A stretch of DNA of 62,696 nucleotides, filler included, from Rhabdomonas costata (taxonomy: Eukaryota), in NCBI GenBank assembly GCA_019059605.1. It is 45 parts of 45 records of this genome, joined end to end, with 100 filler letters (N's around TTAATTAATTAA, not from the genome) between each part and the next. Parts side by side here need not be neighbours in the genome. Positions count along the whole stretch, not along the records: positions 50,236 to 51,529 come from JAHMHO010020309.1; positions 51,630 to 52,927 come from JAHMHO010020310.1; positions 53,028 to 54,322 come from JAHMHO010020311.1; positions 54,423 to 55,717 come from JAHMHO010020312.1; positions 55,818 to 57,112 come from JAHMHO010020313.1; positions 57,213 to 58,507 come from JAHMHO010020314.1; positions 58,608 to 59,906 come from JAHMHO010020315.1; positions 60,007 to 61,301 come from JAHMHO010020316.1; 37 more parts are not named here. One strand, given 5' to 3'. Under the pieces are notes generated by a model. The model did no database searches. It saw only the letters and a program-made list of their open reading frames with translations, and was not told the origin of the DNA. The first letter of the stretch is position 1; the number at the start of each line of letters is the position of its first letter. Shown piece by piece: positions 51,013 through 62,696 of the stretch. The position numbers and the translations under genes are program-made.

Positions 51013-51529
51013 GCCGCCGCTGCTCAAGTTTAACCCCGATATCCCTGAGCTGATCCAAGCTTGGCGTTGCTCCTCCGGGGGCAAGCTTGTGCTGCGCAAG
51101 CCGTCCCCCGTCCCCGCGCCCGTCCCAGAACGAAAGAGCTTTCCGCCGCTCACGCCACGGCAACCGCCCTCAGATACTCTCAGTGTCAGCATGACCTCCG
51201 CCGGTGCGGTTGTCGATATCCTGTTCCGCAGCCAGTCTGACCTCAGCGAGAACGAGAATGAGGAGGACAGTGATTCGGAGGAGGCTGACAGTGACCCCGC
51301 CAGTAAAGAGCTGAAGCACGAGTTGGGCAGCTCCCGCCACCGCCATGCCCACCGGAGCTGCTCCCAAGCCCCACTTCATTCTCTCGGGCCGCGCCGCAAG
51401 GCCGGCTTCCACGGCGTGCGCTCTCTGAGTCTTTCCTCGAGGGCCCCTCTGGACGCCAGTATAAGCGGGGCACTGGGAAGTTCTCACTCTCCCTCCCTGT
51501 CCACGGCGGAGGGCATGCCCCCCACCCCC
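51013..51529 (+). CDS. Probable exon encoding a low-complexity Pro/Ser/acidic region
   Basis: Long GC-rich open frame following an acceptor-like gtcgcag, with an acidic tract SENENEEDSDSEEADSD. No domain recognised. Confidence 0.45.
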
Positions 51530-52255
51530 NNNNNNNNNNNNNNNNNNNNNNNNNNNNNNNNNNNNNNNNNNNNTTAATTAATTAANNNNNNNNNNNNNNN
51601 NNNNNNNNNNNNNNNNNNNNNNNNNNNNNTTTTTTTTTTGTGTTTCTGAAACATTGGGATTTATACCTTTGGGAATAAATGTTACAAGTGATGTGTGAAA
51701 AGGGTGAGCGATGCAATTCTAAAGCCTAAAAACGAGGGACGGAAGTTCAGACTGTGTCTCACCCGAGGCGAATGAGACGGATGTTTAGTTTCCTTGTCAT
51801 GAAATGCTTTTTTATTTGGTTTGGGTGTCACCGTGTCACTGGGCGTACCGCTTAGCAGCAATATTGTCTGGCTCTGCTTTCCTAATTTCCGGAACGGACT
51901 CCTTGGCTTTCTGGACTCTGCTTCAAGTGTGCCCATGCTGTTTTTAGGCGGTGCTTTTATCTTAATTGTAGTGCAGCCGTTGCAGCAGCAGCACTACTCA
52001 ATGATGAAAGTGTGAGTTTTGTTTCAAACCATTCTTCGTGATTGCTTCGGCTTCTTTTCTCAAGGTGATCGGTTCGTGTGTGGGTTGGCGTCACAGCTTC
52101 GGGCATCTTTCGCCGAGAAGGACCCGGGGCAGGCTCTCGCTCTGAGGCGTGCCTGTGCGGTCACTTGTGACAGCGTTTTGATAGCGCTATCCAAGGCGAA
52201 TGACTGGGCCCAGGTTTGCCTTGCATGACCTCTGCTCAACAGTGACCACACACAA

Positions 52256-52334
52256 ACTCACTCACTCACTCACTCACTCACTCACTCACTCACTCACTCA
52301 CTCACTCACTCACTCACTCACTCACTCACTCACT
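52256..52334. repeat. (ACTC)n tetranucleotide microsatellite, about 19 units
   Basis: Directly visible perfect run. Confidence 0.97.
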
Positions 52335-53231
52335 TAAGGGCGAGAAGATCAATTCGCAGCGGGCGGAAGCTAGAAGACCAATGAGGGTGCCCCAGGAGTG
52401 CGTTGCTGGCACGGGTTCGGCTTCAGATAAGGTAAGGGTTAGTTGGCAATCCACGGTTCCCGAGGGGGGCCCAACAGAAGACTTTGGCGGGGGGTTTAGG
52501 TGGCGACGTTAGGTTTGGATGGCGAACAGTGGCCCTTTGGATAACGCAGGGGAGTATATTGCCAGGTCAAGGGCATCGTCAGAAGGAGCAACTCGAAGCG
52601 AGAGCATCCTCTGAGGCAGCGTAACTGCAGCCGCACGACAGCAGAAGCAGCCCCCGAAACGCCAGCTGAGTCCGCAACCGCAGCAAGGGCATCGCAGCAT
52701 GAGGGCATCTTGTTCCATTTGGCAGAGGAGCGCATGGGCAACCGTGGCATCTTATTCAGACGGTACGTCCGTACGCGATCCACTAATAGCCGATCAACCG
52801 ATCAGGCACGAGCCAGGGACCCGCAGGGCGGACTCCAGAGGCACCCCGTGGCACCAGTGTGAACTAGTTCTTGAATTGAGCACCCTGACTGTCAACCACT
52901 GTATTTGTTGCAATGGCCCAAAACCCCNNNNNNNNNNNNNNNNNNNNNNNNNNNNNNNNNNNNNNNNNNNNTTAATTAATTAANNNNNNNNNNNNNNNNN
53001 NNNNNNNNNNNNNNNNNNNNNNNNNNNTTTTGTTGGGCAACAGGTGGTGATGGAATATGGGTGGGCACCAGTTTGAGTATGGGATAAAGTGTGTGGGTAT
53101 GTGGAGATGTGTGTGAGTATGTGGTGATAGCACAGAGGCAGGGTATGTGGTGCGTGGTGTCGTGTTTGGTAGTTCCTTGTCAGTGCCTGGTGCCAAATGT
53201 TCACTTCTGGCATTGTACGTGCTGCGCGCAG

Positions 53232-53620
53232 GTGAACGGGATCGAGGCCGTTCCTGTGGAGTCGGCAGCCTCTGCGGCCTCGCCATCTGTGAAGTCTACC
53301 CCCAATGCTGACGCACAGCCACAACTCACAGAAGCCTCGGAATCCTCCTCCTCGTCGTCGTTGTCTTCGTCGACGACCTCTGCGGCGGCGGCGGACAACA
53401 CCGCAGTGCCTTCCGGGGGCCCAAGGGGGTCGTCCCCTCGGCGGGTGCGTTTGGATGGCTCTGCAGGGACCCCCGGGGCGGTGTCGCTGTACAGCCCAGC
53501 CCTGCTGAGGCAGTTGGGTGAAGAGGTGGTTGCCCAACTCTCACCCCCTTCCTCTCCCGCTCGACCGCAGGCCGCCGGAAGCTTCGCGGAGAAGAACGAA
53601 AGGAGTGAAGCTCGATGCCA
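53232..53620 (+). CDS. Probable exon encoding a Ser/Ala/Pro-rich low-complexity region
   Basis: GC-rich open frame following gcgcag (VNGIEAVPVESAASAAS...). No domain recognised; end approximate. Confidence 0.4.
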
Positions 53621-55529
53621 TTATGAGCAAACAGCGACAGGACAGACAAGGACAGATGTGACTCACTCACACGTACGTTTGGCGCGGGAAGGTTCAGACT
53701 ACGATACGCGATACGCGTCACACTGTCGCGTCGTACGTGTAGCATGGATGGGATTAGGTGCAGTATTTTTTTGGCTGGGTTTGGTGGTTATGTGTACCCT
53801 TCTCGCTCCAATGTTGGGCGCCCAGTGGGGGAGGGCACAGGGTTTCTTTGGCTCGTTCTCTATACATAAGCCTGGAACACGTGGGGCAGGCGGAGGTCCT
53901 GGCCTGTTGTCTGGTGAGCCGGCACCCCACTTCTGACAACAGTGCTTTTGGATCCTCCGAGTGAGCTCCCACGCGCGCGTCTTAGGTTAGGGAAGCTTTG
54001 CTTTCCATCATCGCCCTCCTTCGCGCACGCGTTTCCCTTCCATCCTTTCATTGCACAAATACATACGGACGCGAACTAACAACGCAACTGTCCCTAAGTC
54101 AAAGCAAGGATTCGGGGTTGGACCCTTTTCAGCCCCGACTTATTGAACCGCATCTTGACGGCTTTCATGTGAGGTAAAAATACTCTGGTAACTGCGTCGA
54201 AGAACTCGACTCCTTCACTCCTCTTTGTCCTCCACCATGTCGATGACGGAAGTGACACTGTCTCATCTCGAAATGTAGAAAGAGGAAGATGCTGATTGGG
54301 TGACAAAAAAAACCAGACCCCTNNNNNNNNNNNNNNNNNNNNNNNNNNNNNNNNNNNNNNNNNNNNTTAATTAATTAANNNNNNNNNNNNNNNNNNNNNN
54401 NNNNNNNNNNNNNNNNNNNNNNGAGAAGGTTTTGAACAGATGGACAGATTAAGACGACTTTGAACGAACAGCCAGCAAGAGGAGATGATGGCGTGAAAGC
54501 TGAAAATTGGCCTCAGTTCTCCGGGTGAGCTTGCGTTAGGAACGGGGTCGGAGCCTGACTGGAAAGTGAAGCGCTTTTAAGGAATAAGATGGTCGTGTCA
54601 AGGGCACAAGCGCGGAGATACGGTAGAGCGAAAAACAAGCCCTAATAAAACTGCAACACAGTTTTTCACCCCCCCCCCTCCCCCGTTTTGGGTTTTGGGT
54701 CCCAAATTGCATACTTTTTTTAAGCTTTTAACTGCGTCCTTTTTGAGATGAACAGGAATGAATCCAGCTTCTCTTTCCCTCCCACTCCCGGCCAAAGTTT
54801 TACTTGCTAGAGATGTCAAGAGTCACCCCCAAAGATAATCAAAGGAGAGGATGAGGAGGATGAAGATGGTTAACCACAAGCAATCATAATCGAGTTACAT
54901 ATTTGCACTGCCACAGGAGGCTTCACAGAAACAAGACACAGAACACACCCTTTGCGACAGCGGCATCCCAATGAGTCCCCCCCCCTTCCCAGTAAGAGGA
55001 AGGCAGGGTGCAAGCGAACACCTGTCGTTGAGTAGCGCTGCAGAGAGCGCGGTGAGGGGCAGCGGAATGGTGGCCATAACAGAGGTGTTTCCTGGGACAA
55101 GGCTGAGCGTCTTCACCTCCCTCGCGTACACCACAAACATCTACACACGCATGCGCACAGAAATCCTCGAACGCCGCAAACTTCAGTTTTCTCTTGGACA
55201 GTTGGCAGAGAAGAAGCAACGCCCACTGTCATCAAGTTCCCATAGCCTTTGAAAATACACAAGCGCAAAGCTTGTTGAGGTTGGGCGGGGGTACCGGAGC
55301 GCACAAAAGACGGAAACACTGCCGCGAAAGGAAAACTTCAGTTTTGAATAACCCACCCCTCACCTACCGCTGACAGAAGTAATGTGCGTAATGAGGCGGT
55401 GAGCGGGCAAGAGGCGAGAACAAACGAATCGAGCGTCTGGATGCAGCCCCACCCGACAGCGTTCATTCACCACTTTCCCCAAGATATGAGATCGCCCTAT
55501 TATGTGTCACCCTTGTATTGGCTTGCGCT

Positions 55530-55714
55530 TTCAAAATCCCACTACCACCCTACTACCACCAAGATCGGGCACACCGTCTGCAGGGAGATACTCGTCAGTG
55601 CAACGACGGGGAGGTCGGGAACCAGCTCCTGAGGCCGGGCCATATGCCGAGCAAAGGGATCCCACAGGCCTGAGCCCGATCTTGGCGGTAGTAGGGTGGT
55701 AGTGGGATTTTGAA
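55530..55714. repeat. Long imperfect inverted repeat (41-bp arms, 103-nt partly paired loop)
   Basis: 55530-55570 pairs with 55674-55714 at 40 of 41 positions. Confidence 0.95.
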
Positions 55715-55829
55715 GACNNNNNNNNNNNNNNNNNNNNNNNNNNNNNNNNNNNNNNNNNNNNTTAATTAATTAANNNNNNNNNNNNNNNNNNNNNNNNNNN
55801 NNNNNNNNNNNNNNNNNTTGTTGGTGTGG

Positions 55830-56115
55830 GAGAAAATGTTCGCCTTCCACGACAGGAACCAGTATTCCTCCTCTCTCCGGTTCGTCGGGCTTGCTGCGGT
55901 TGTACTAGCTGCGCTGTACGTCTCCAAGATTGTGGTGACTATGGTGTGCTGGCCTCCGGAGACCTCCCGTTTTGACTTCGAGTACGAGGACTTCTGCAAC
56001 ACCTACCTCAACGCCCTGAGAGACTCCTATCCTGTCCTGGTCGCATTCATCGTGTTTTCCGCGATGTTTGCCGTACTTTCTGGGCTCGTGCCAGTGCCTT
56101 CGGCATTGCGCGGTG
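55830..56115 (+). CDS. Putative membrane protein exon with two hydrophobic helices
   Basis: FVGLAAVVLAALYVSKIVVTMV and VLVAFIVFSAMFAVLSGLV in a GC3-rich open frame. No family recognised. Confidence 0.45.
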
Positions 56116-57737
56116 CCTTTCGGGCTATCTGTGGTATTTTTCCGGGTTTGGTTTGGTGGTGGGTTGTCCACATTTACATTTACACGGATGAGGCTTCTCG
56201 TGCGCGAAGCAGGGTTCGAGTGTATCTTGTGAGAAAAAGTGTCTTGGCTTTTTGGGAACGTGCCTCCCTTTGAGATGACATTTCCCTAAGGCAGGGCGGA
56301 CCTAACGTGTCGGTAGAATCGAACACCTCTCACTCATCAAACGCCTTCACGCCCCAAGCTGTAGTGGCCCTTGCACAAACTATCATCTGACAATGTCTGA
56401 AATACCTGCTCCGCAGCCTGTCTGGAAAGAACGCAAAGAACGCAAAGAACTTTTTTTTGAAGGTGAAGTCAAAGTCAAAGTGTGGGACGTCTTGCAGCGG
56501 TGTCAGAGACACCTCCAAATGACCCGAGCTTTTGCTTCAATTCATGGACATCCTTGATGCTCCCTGAGAAGTTGAATCTCAGCTGATATTCCCAAGCAGA
56601 AATCGTCGCTTGGTCGGCCTCTGCATCTCTGGATTCCTCTCCCACCACCACCAGGCCCGCTGACCGCAGTGGTTTTGAGCGGTCAGCGGGGATGGCACCG
56701 TGAATGACAGCGGGTGTCGAAATGGGTGAGATGAGGAATGAAATGGCAGTGGATTGCACAGGAAAAAGGACTTATTAACGACATCAAGCTCACCCGTTGT
56801 GCCTGAGTTTCTTGTTAAACTGCGCACAAAAATGCAAGAGGCTCTGATGTCCTTGCACGAGCAGGTTGGCGACTTTCGTTTCTCCAAATCTGTTGTGCGC
56901 TGTTTCTTCACCTCGCAACCGGAGGGTTAGACCGAAAGCGTGCAAGTCCGCAGAAGCAGACGGCTATGAAAAGACAAAGTGTAACCAACAGTCTCCAACA
57001 TTGATAAAGAATTCCCCAACCGTGAGCCAACTGCCCAAATGTCGTTCGGTAAAAGCGTTCGTCAATAAAAACAAAAGCTGTTTTTTTGCAACACCCACAC
57101 CAAACACACCAANNNNNNNNNNNNNNNNNNNNNNNNNNNNNNNNNNNNNNNNNNNNTTAATTAATTAANNNNNNNNNNNNNNNNNNNNNNNNNNNNNNNN
57201 NNNNNNNNNNNNGTTTGTGTGGTGTGTTTTTTTTGGGGGGAGGGATGCAGGAAAATCCCCACTCATTTCCTTTTCGCTTGCTTTTTTAGGGACCGGGTTT
57301 TGTTATTGGGAAACACTGTCAACGAAAAACAGGGGAAAGGGGAAAACTGCAAACATTCTGTTGTCCCCAAGACTGGGGGAGGGAGGGGCTGCATTTTGCT
57401 TGTCTCTTTTCGATAGAATGCCCATTCCACGGGGATGAGAGATAGCAAACTAAATTGAACTCCCCGTCGTTTTCCCATCTCATTTGTATGTGTACGTGTC
57501 GGTGTGCGGCGGCGGCGGCGCTTCTCATTCAAAACTTAGCTCCCCCCCCCACAAAAAAAAAAGGTGCGCGTCACGCGAAGGCGAATCCCATAAATCCTAA
57601 GCCCGTCTGTTTTCACACCTCTGCTTTTGCGTGGGCTTCTGTGGGTTGTAATGGGCGCCCCCTGTGTGGCTTTGAACGCTGGCGGGGTTTCTCTCCTTTT
57701 TCAAGTTTGCCCTCCCCCTTCGCCTTCTTCTCTTCAG

Positions 57738-58332
57738 CGATTGCCCCGACGGGTCCTCCCTCCCCATGGAAAGAGTACGTTTCCAACACGGGAAAAAAGT
57801 ACTACCACAATGTCCTCACCAACCAGACCACCTGGGAGAAGCCCAAGGTGCGGCCTGCTTCTCCACCATTTTCCACCTGTTCACCGATTTTTTGCGCTTC
57901 CTTTTTCCATCCCTTGTGCGCTCCTTCGAGTCCCCTCCGCCAAGCTCTGTTACTCTGCTCTGACTTGTGCATCACAGCACATAGTCCCAGGTAAGTTTTA
58001 GCAGTTGTCTCCCCACTAGAATCTGCATTGCTCACTTGCTTTGTATGCCCTGGGCGCAAGTATTGTCCTCGCTGTACACGGTAGTGCATTTCTTTGGGCA
58101 TCAACTACTACTAGCATGTAGTGCTCATCATACTTATAACCTCGCTCGCTCCCTCCCAGGAGTTGAGCACCCCTGCAGCTTCGGTGCCTGCCCCAGCGCC
58201 GGTGCCCGCCATCGCGCCGGTGATCATGCCCATGGCCATGCCCATGCCCATGCCTATGCCCATGGCGGTGCCTGCAGTCGCGCCCTCCTCCTCCTCTGCG
58301 CCCCCGGTCGCTTCTTCCTCTGCCGATCTGAA
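57738..58332 (+). CDS. WW-domain protein (PRP40-like WW motif) with Pro/Met-rich linker, partial, 2 exons
   Basis: Exon 57738-57847 (PPSPWKEYVSNTGKKYYHNVLTNQTTWEKPK) joins in phase 0 to exon from 58160 (ELSTPAAS...MPMPMPM...). Confidence 0.85.
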
Positions 58333-59042
58333 GTGTGTTCCCCTCCCCACTCCGCTTTTCTGGGGATGCCCTCTGCTTAAGCTCTGGCGGCTTAAGTGGA
58401 AAGTAATAACCAATGAGAAGCTCGTGTCTGCACCACCCGACCAGTGCCGCCCATAGTTTTTTTTTCTGGTTTTCATGATTGTCATGCAGTGACTCGCCCC
58501 AACACCCNNNNNNNNNNNNNNNNNNNNNNNNNNNNNNNNNNNNNNNNNNNNTTAATTAATTAANNNNNNNNNNNNNNNNNNNNNNNNNNNNNNNNNNNNN
58601 NNNNNNNGTGGTGGGTGTGTTTGGGTTTTGGTGGGAAAGGTAGACACATGTCTCAGGGCTGAAAATTGCAAAATGGCGGGACCAAAATGCCGCGCGAAAA
58701 AGGGGGGGAAACTGCAAACCAGTGCATTTCAAGCCAAAATTTCGACCCTGGTCCATTTTGTCTACGTCACACAATAGTATTAAAGACAAGCGTCAGAAGG
58801 ATTGCCGTTTCCTTCAGCAGCGGGCACTCGCGGTGACAGCCGTGGGAACTGGAAGAGAAGGGACGAAAGGAGGAAAAAACGCAACTTGGGGTGAAGGTGA
58901 AAAAGGCGACGCAGGCAAAAAAAGTGCAAAAAAAAAAGTACAAAAAAAGCGCATTTCAAGCCAGAATTTTGGAGAGCTCCAAAATGCAAAAAACAAAAAA
59001 AAATGCACGCAACCATTCCCATGCTCATAACTCACGCCGAAC

Positions 59043-59193
59043 CTCCAGGCACATTGAGCACCGCGTGCCGCGGAGCTCCTTCCCCCTGTCTTCGTTGATC
59101 TGAAACTCCGCCAGCCTGGCCACAGCATCCTCGCTGGCACCGTGCGACGGGGTCCCGGAGAGACCCTCCAAGAAGGACATCACTAGCCTCAGC
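59043..59193 (-). CDS. RING-H2-type E3 ligase exon (pre-RING motif and first zinc ligands)
   Basis: AG/GT-bounded exon ...GASEDAVARLAEFQI...RCSMCLE, resembling the 'ASxxAIxxL...CxICLE' lead-in of RNF126/RNF181-type RING-H2 proteins. Confidence 0.65.
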
Positions 59194-59246
59194 CTGGAGC
59201 CCCAAAAACGACAGGCAGCTGCGGCCGAGCGAAGGACCGATAGACG

Positions 59247-59248
<2 letters not shown>

Positions 59249-59278
<30 letters not shown>
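59249..59278. repeat. (TG)15 microsatellite
   Basis: Directly visible. Confidence 0.95.
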
Positions 59279-59289
<11 letters not shown>

Positions 59290-62200
59290 TCCTTCAGCAC
59301 ACCGCCCCAAGGCGCCCTGTGTGCGTATCTTCCTACTGCTTCACTGGTCGGCGGCACTTCGGCGCCAACCGCATCAGTGTGGCGAGGCGTTTCTCCGTCT
59401 CAGCTTTGTTTAGTCAGCTCCGGAATATAGAGTCGTGATAGTGGGGTAAGATGACACCCTGTACAATACTGTGACCGGGATTAGTGTTTTATTTCTTCGT
59501 GGGACCTCCTCCATGACGTTGCGTGAGTGTTTCAAGTTTTGTTTTGGGTAGCAAAAAGGCCAGTCCCCGCAAAATCGCAGTCAAGAACCCTAGAACCTAG
59601 AACCTTTGTAGTTGTGAACTGCTGCGGTGAATCCAATTTCACTCAGTAAAAACATCATGATGCGGCTTATAAAAGCAATTTCAACATGTTCTGGGAAGAT
59701 AAAAAGAAGTGTTTTTTCTTGGTGCTGTGCACAGTGCACAGTTGACAACGGGCAATAAATGGAAGCTTCGGCTGTTGCCAAGGAAAAAAGACACGATTCA
59801 GAGAAGGGAAAGGAGGGGAACAAGAAAAAAGAAATAATAAATCCCCCACCCCGAAGGGGTGAGTGGCACTGCCGAGCACCTCAAAAACCCCAGGTCAAAA
59901 CACAACNNNNNNNNNNNNNNNNNNNNNNNNNNNNNNNNNNNNNNNNNNNNTTAATTAATTAANNNNNNNNNNNNNNNNNNNNNNNNNNNNNNNNNNNNNN
60001 NNNNNNGGTGGGGTGGGGCAGGACGATTGCTGGGTCTCTGCTGGCTTGAGCTGTAGGGTGCGCTACGCGTCCGCGGTGACGGGGACGGTGTGTTGAGGAG
60101 TGTGTCGTGTGTGGGGATGACCAACGGCATGTGGAATCTTCTGGGGTGTTCCGGCTCCAGGCGTCATTTTGCTTCGAGATCATGTGCCACCCTTGTGGGC
60201 CACCCTTGCAAGGGGGTTGCTAGTATATTGGATGGGTTGTGAGCGGGCTCGACAAGCGTGTCATGATAAGTCCGTGTGTGCGTCCCGGGCTGACATCTCG
60301 AGGACCAGGCGACATCCAGCCCCCGTCGCTCGACGAACTGGAGGAACCGACCCCTCCTCTTCTTTTCTTCTCAGTGACGACATCAAAAGAAAAAACTGAC
60401 TCACTTTCTGTGGCGTCCAACGCTCCGATGTACATAGGGGAGAGAGACACAAGCTCGCGCATACAGTACGGATGAGAGAGAGGGCCTCTTGCCTCTTTCA
60501 CCAACCCTTACACAAGAAAAGATGCGGTGGATGGCCTCCTCTATCCAGATCCTGCGGGGGATGGAAGCTGGAAATGCGGTTGACGATAATTCCACCCGCA
60601 CAAACGCGGAATCCATACACTTTATCCGCCATGGTGGACGAAGTGCCCCCCAACCCCACACATGCACATAAGTAAGCCATAATCCGCAATGGAACCGCAG
60701 CAAACTCTGCGGATGTGAGCCACATGCGCCACTACCGGTGCACACTCCCTCTGCACCTTTTGAAAGCACTACAGTAGCGGTTTCCAACAACCCAAGGGCA
60801 TCACCCTCCCCTCCTACTCTGCACTCTGCAGTCAGCAGGCCACAGAAGAAAGGCAAGCACACACTGAAACGAGAGAGAAACGAGAGAGAATGGGGGGGGA
60901 ACCGGGGGGAAATTCTCCCCCAAAGTAGCATAGCAATTTTCAGTCCGAAAGCTCTTGCACGACAACTTCTGCACGTCACAGTGGCCGTTTTGTTCGTCAG
61001 GAAGACTAGCTCACCAAACACAACAGAAATACATGACAAAGATGGAAACCAACACTCAAGCCCTTCAAGTTAACAACTCTTACGCACTGCAGGGTTCCTA
61101 CGCTTGCCGCTTTTGACGGTAGCGAATGAAGGCTCCTAGCCAACATGGCAATCGAAACAAAGAGACCGATAAGTCTGGAAATCAGACCCTCATCAAATTG
61201 ACCAAAAAAAAAATGCTCCAACACAGCAGCTTCCGCCCCCCACAAATCCCCTCCTCAGCGGACCAAGAGCTGACCTGCAGCTGTCTCAGCGCTTCCGTGA
61301 ANNNNNNNNNNNNNNNNNNNNNNNNNNNNNNNNNNNNNNNNNNNNTTAATTAATTAANNNNNNNNNNNNNNNNNNNNNNNNNNNNNNNNNNNNNNNNNNN
61401 NGTGTTGTGGGGGGGGGATAGGATACAAGGTCGCGCCCCTATATACCCCTCCTCCTCCTTTCTTTTTTTTTGTATGTATGACGAGTTTTGTGATTGGGTT
61501 TCTGTGCACACTTTGCATGCATGAGGACAGTGAGAGTCACCATTGAGGTCATCGCCATCGCTCTCTTCGGGATGCTGGTACCCCAGGTGTCAGCCTGATG
61601 GGTCGTGGTGCTCATTGCCGATAGCCACAAGACGGGTGCCCACAGGAGGAGGAAGTCTTCGCAGCCAACACACCGGTTCATAGCAGGGAAACAGAGCGCA
61701 TTCCCTTGGCACGCGGCTGGGGATGATCCCACTCCTGCTCTACGCAGGCCATCGCCATAACTCTGCACCCCGCTCAACGCACTTGGACAAGATATTGTGC
61801 AACCACCACCCCAGGGCACACCAGATGCAGAGGTGTTCCCTGTCCCTCCAGATCTGAGTGAGTTCAACCAATTGTTTCTATTTAGGAATGTTAGGAATGT
61901 TAGGAATCTCTCAATCTCTCGTCTTTGGGTCAAAAACGGGGGAAGCCATCTGCCGCACCAGCCAAGGGGTTTCACGCGTGGTCACAGTCTCCTTTTACTT
62001 AATCTCGACAACTCTCTCTGCGTTCGGGCTTCTCGTTTTGAGCTTTTTGATTGCTGTTGTTTTGCTTCCTTTGAACGTTGCGGAAGAGTTGTCGAGATGA
62101 GTGCCAGAAATGGGATGAACTCCTCCGACTTCAACCCCAGCACGACAACCCTGGTTATTCCCAGAAGTGATGTGTCACCCGGATATGCGGGAATGCCCTC

Positions 62201-62696
62201 CCCCGCCGAAGAACGGTCTCCCCCGAAGGACTTTGGCAGCAGCAAGTCAACCACTCATCGGGAAGGGGGATACCTTGTGGAGGAACCTCTAAATGTTTTT
62301 CCATTGGTAAGTGACCTTTCGACACACTGAAGGGGTAAGTGACCTTTCGACACATCCGGCAATGGCTCTCTTTCCTCTTTCCCTTTGGAAGGGCAAAGGG
62401 CAAAAGTGTGGAAAGAAATTGAATTGATACATACAATGCCACAACCATATGAACCATTAACTCAGTTAACTCAGTTAACTCAGTTATTCGTCTATTTAGT
62501 TTAAGAGCCCATATGAAAAGATGGGTGCTCCATGGATCATTTTTGTTGCACTAACGAGTTCGGCCCCTTTCCAAATATACGACAGTTACACTTAAGGGTA
62601 CGCGAAACCTGTTGGTTTCATTAAAAAGCGTAAGGCCGTCACTCTCCCTGCGCCCCTCCCGCTTCAGTATTGTGTAATAGCAATCCACACCACCCC

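Noticed and set aside
1397..62696. Assigning the host to a named protist lineage
   Set aside because: Gene content only indicates a non-animal, intron-rich eukaryote. No rRNA or diagnostic marker can be placed without a database search.

Overview
This window is not one locus. It is a pseudo-scaffold of 45 unrelated contigs of about 1.29-1.30 kb, joined by 44 artificial 100-bp linkers (N44-TTAATTAATTAA-N44), so no gene neighbourhood across a linker means anything. Many contig starts are G/T-only and many ends C/A-only, and several carry near-copies of a whole-genome-amplification primer, which points to an amplified low-input or single-cell library. Most interpretable contigs come from an intron-rich microbial eukaryote with GT-AG introns of roughly 90-670 bp, GC3-rich exons and the standard code in every exon I spliced. 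Manual splicing recovers partial genes for a 5'-nucleotidase, a histidine kinase, a PDZ protein, NEK and MAP3K-like kinases, RING-TRAF, U-box, RFWD3-like, RING-H2 and NFX1-type ligases, a MAPR cytochrome b5 protein, an acid ceramidase/NAAA-type amidase, a LamG protein, BUD31, a PDR-type ABCG transporter, a hemerythrin and a WW protein. Mobile DNA comprises an intact plant-type Sirevirus (Ty1/copia) pol fragment, two decayed Ty3/gypsy fragments, a decayed CRE-like non-LTR RT and several short dispersed repeat families. I see no complete new multi-gene system. The best leads are three long imperfect fold-back hairpins with mostly G.U-type mismatches (pre-miRNA-like or foldback elements), the intron-containing hemerythrin, and short repeat families shared between contigs. 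I found no tRNA, rRNA or CRISPR array by eye.
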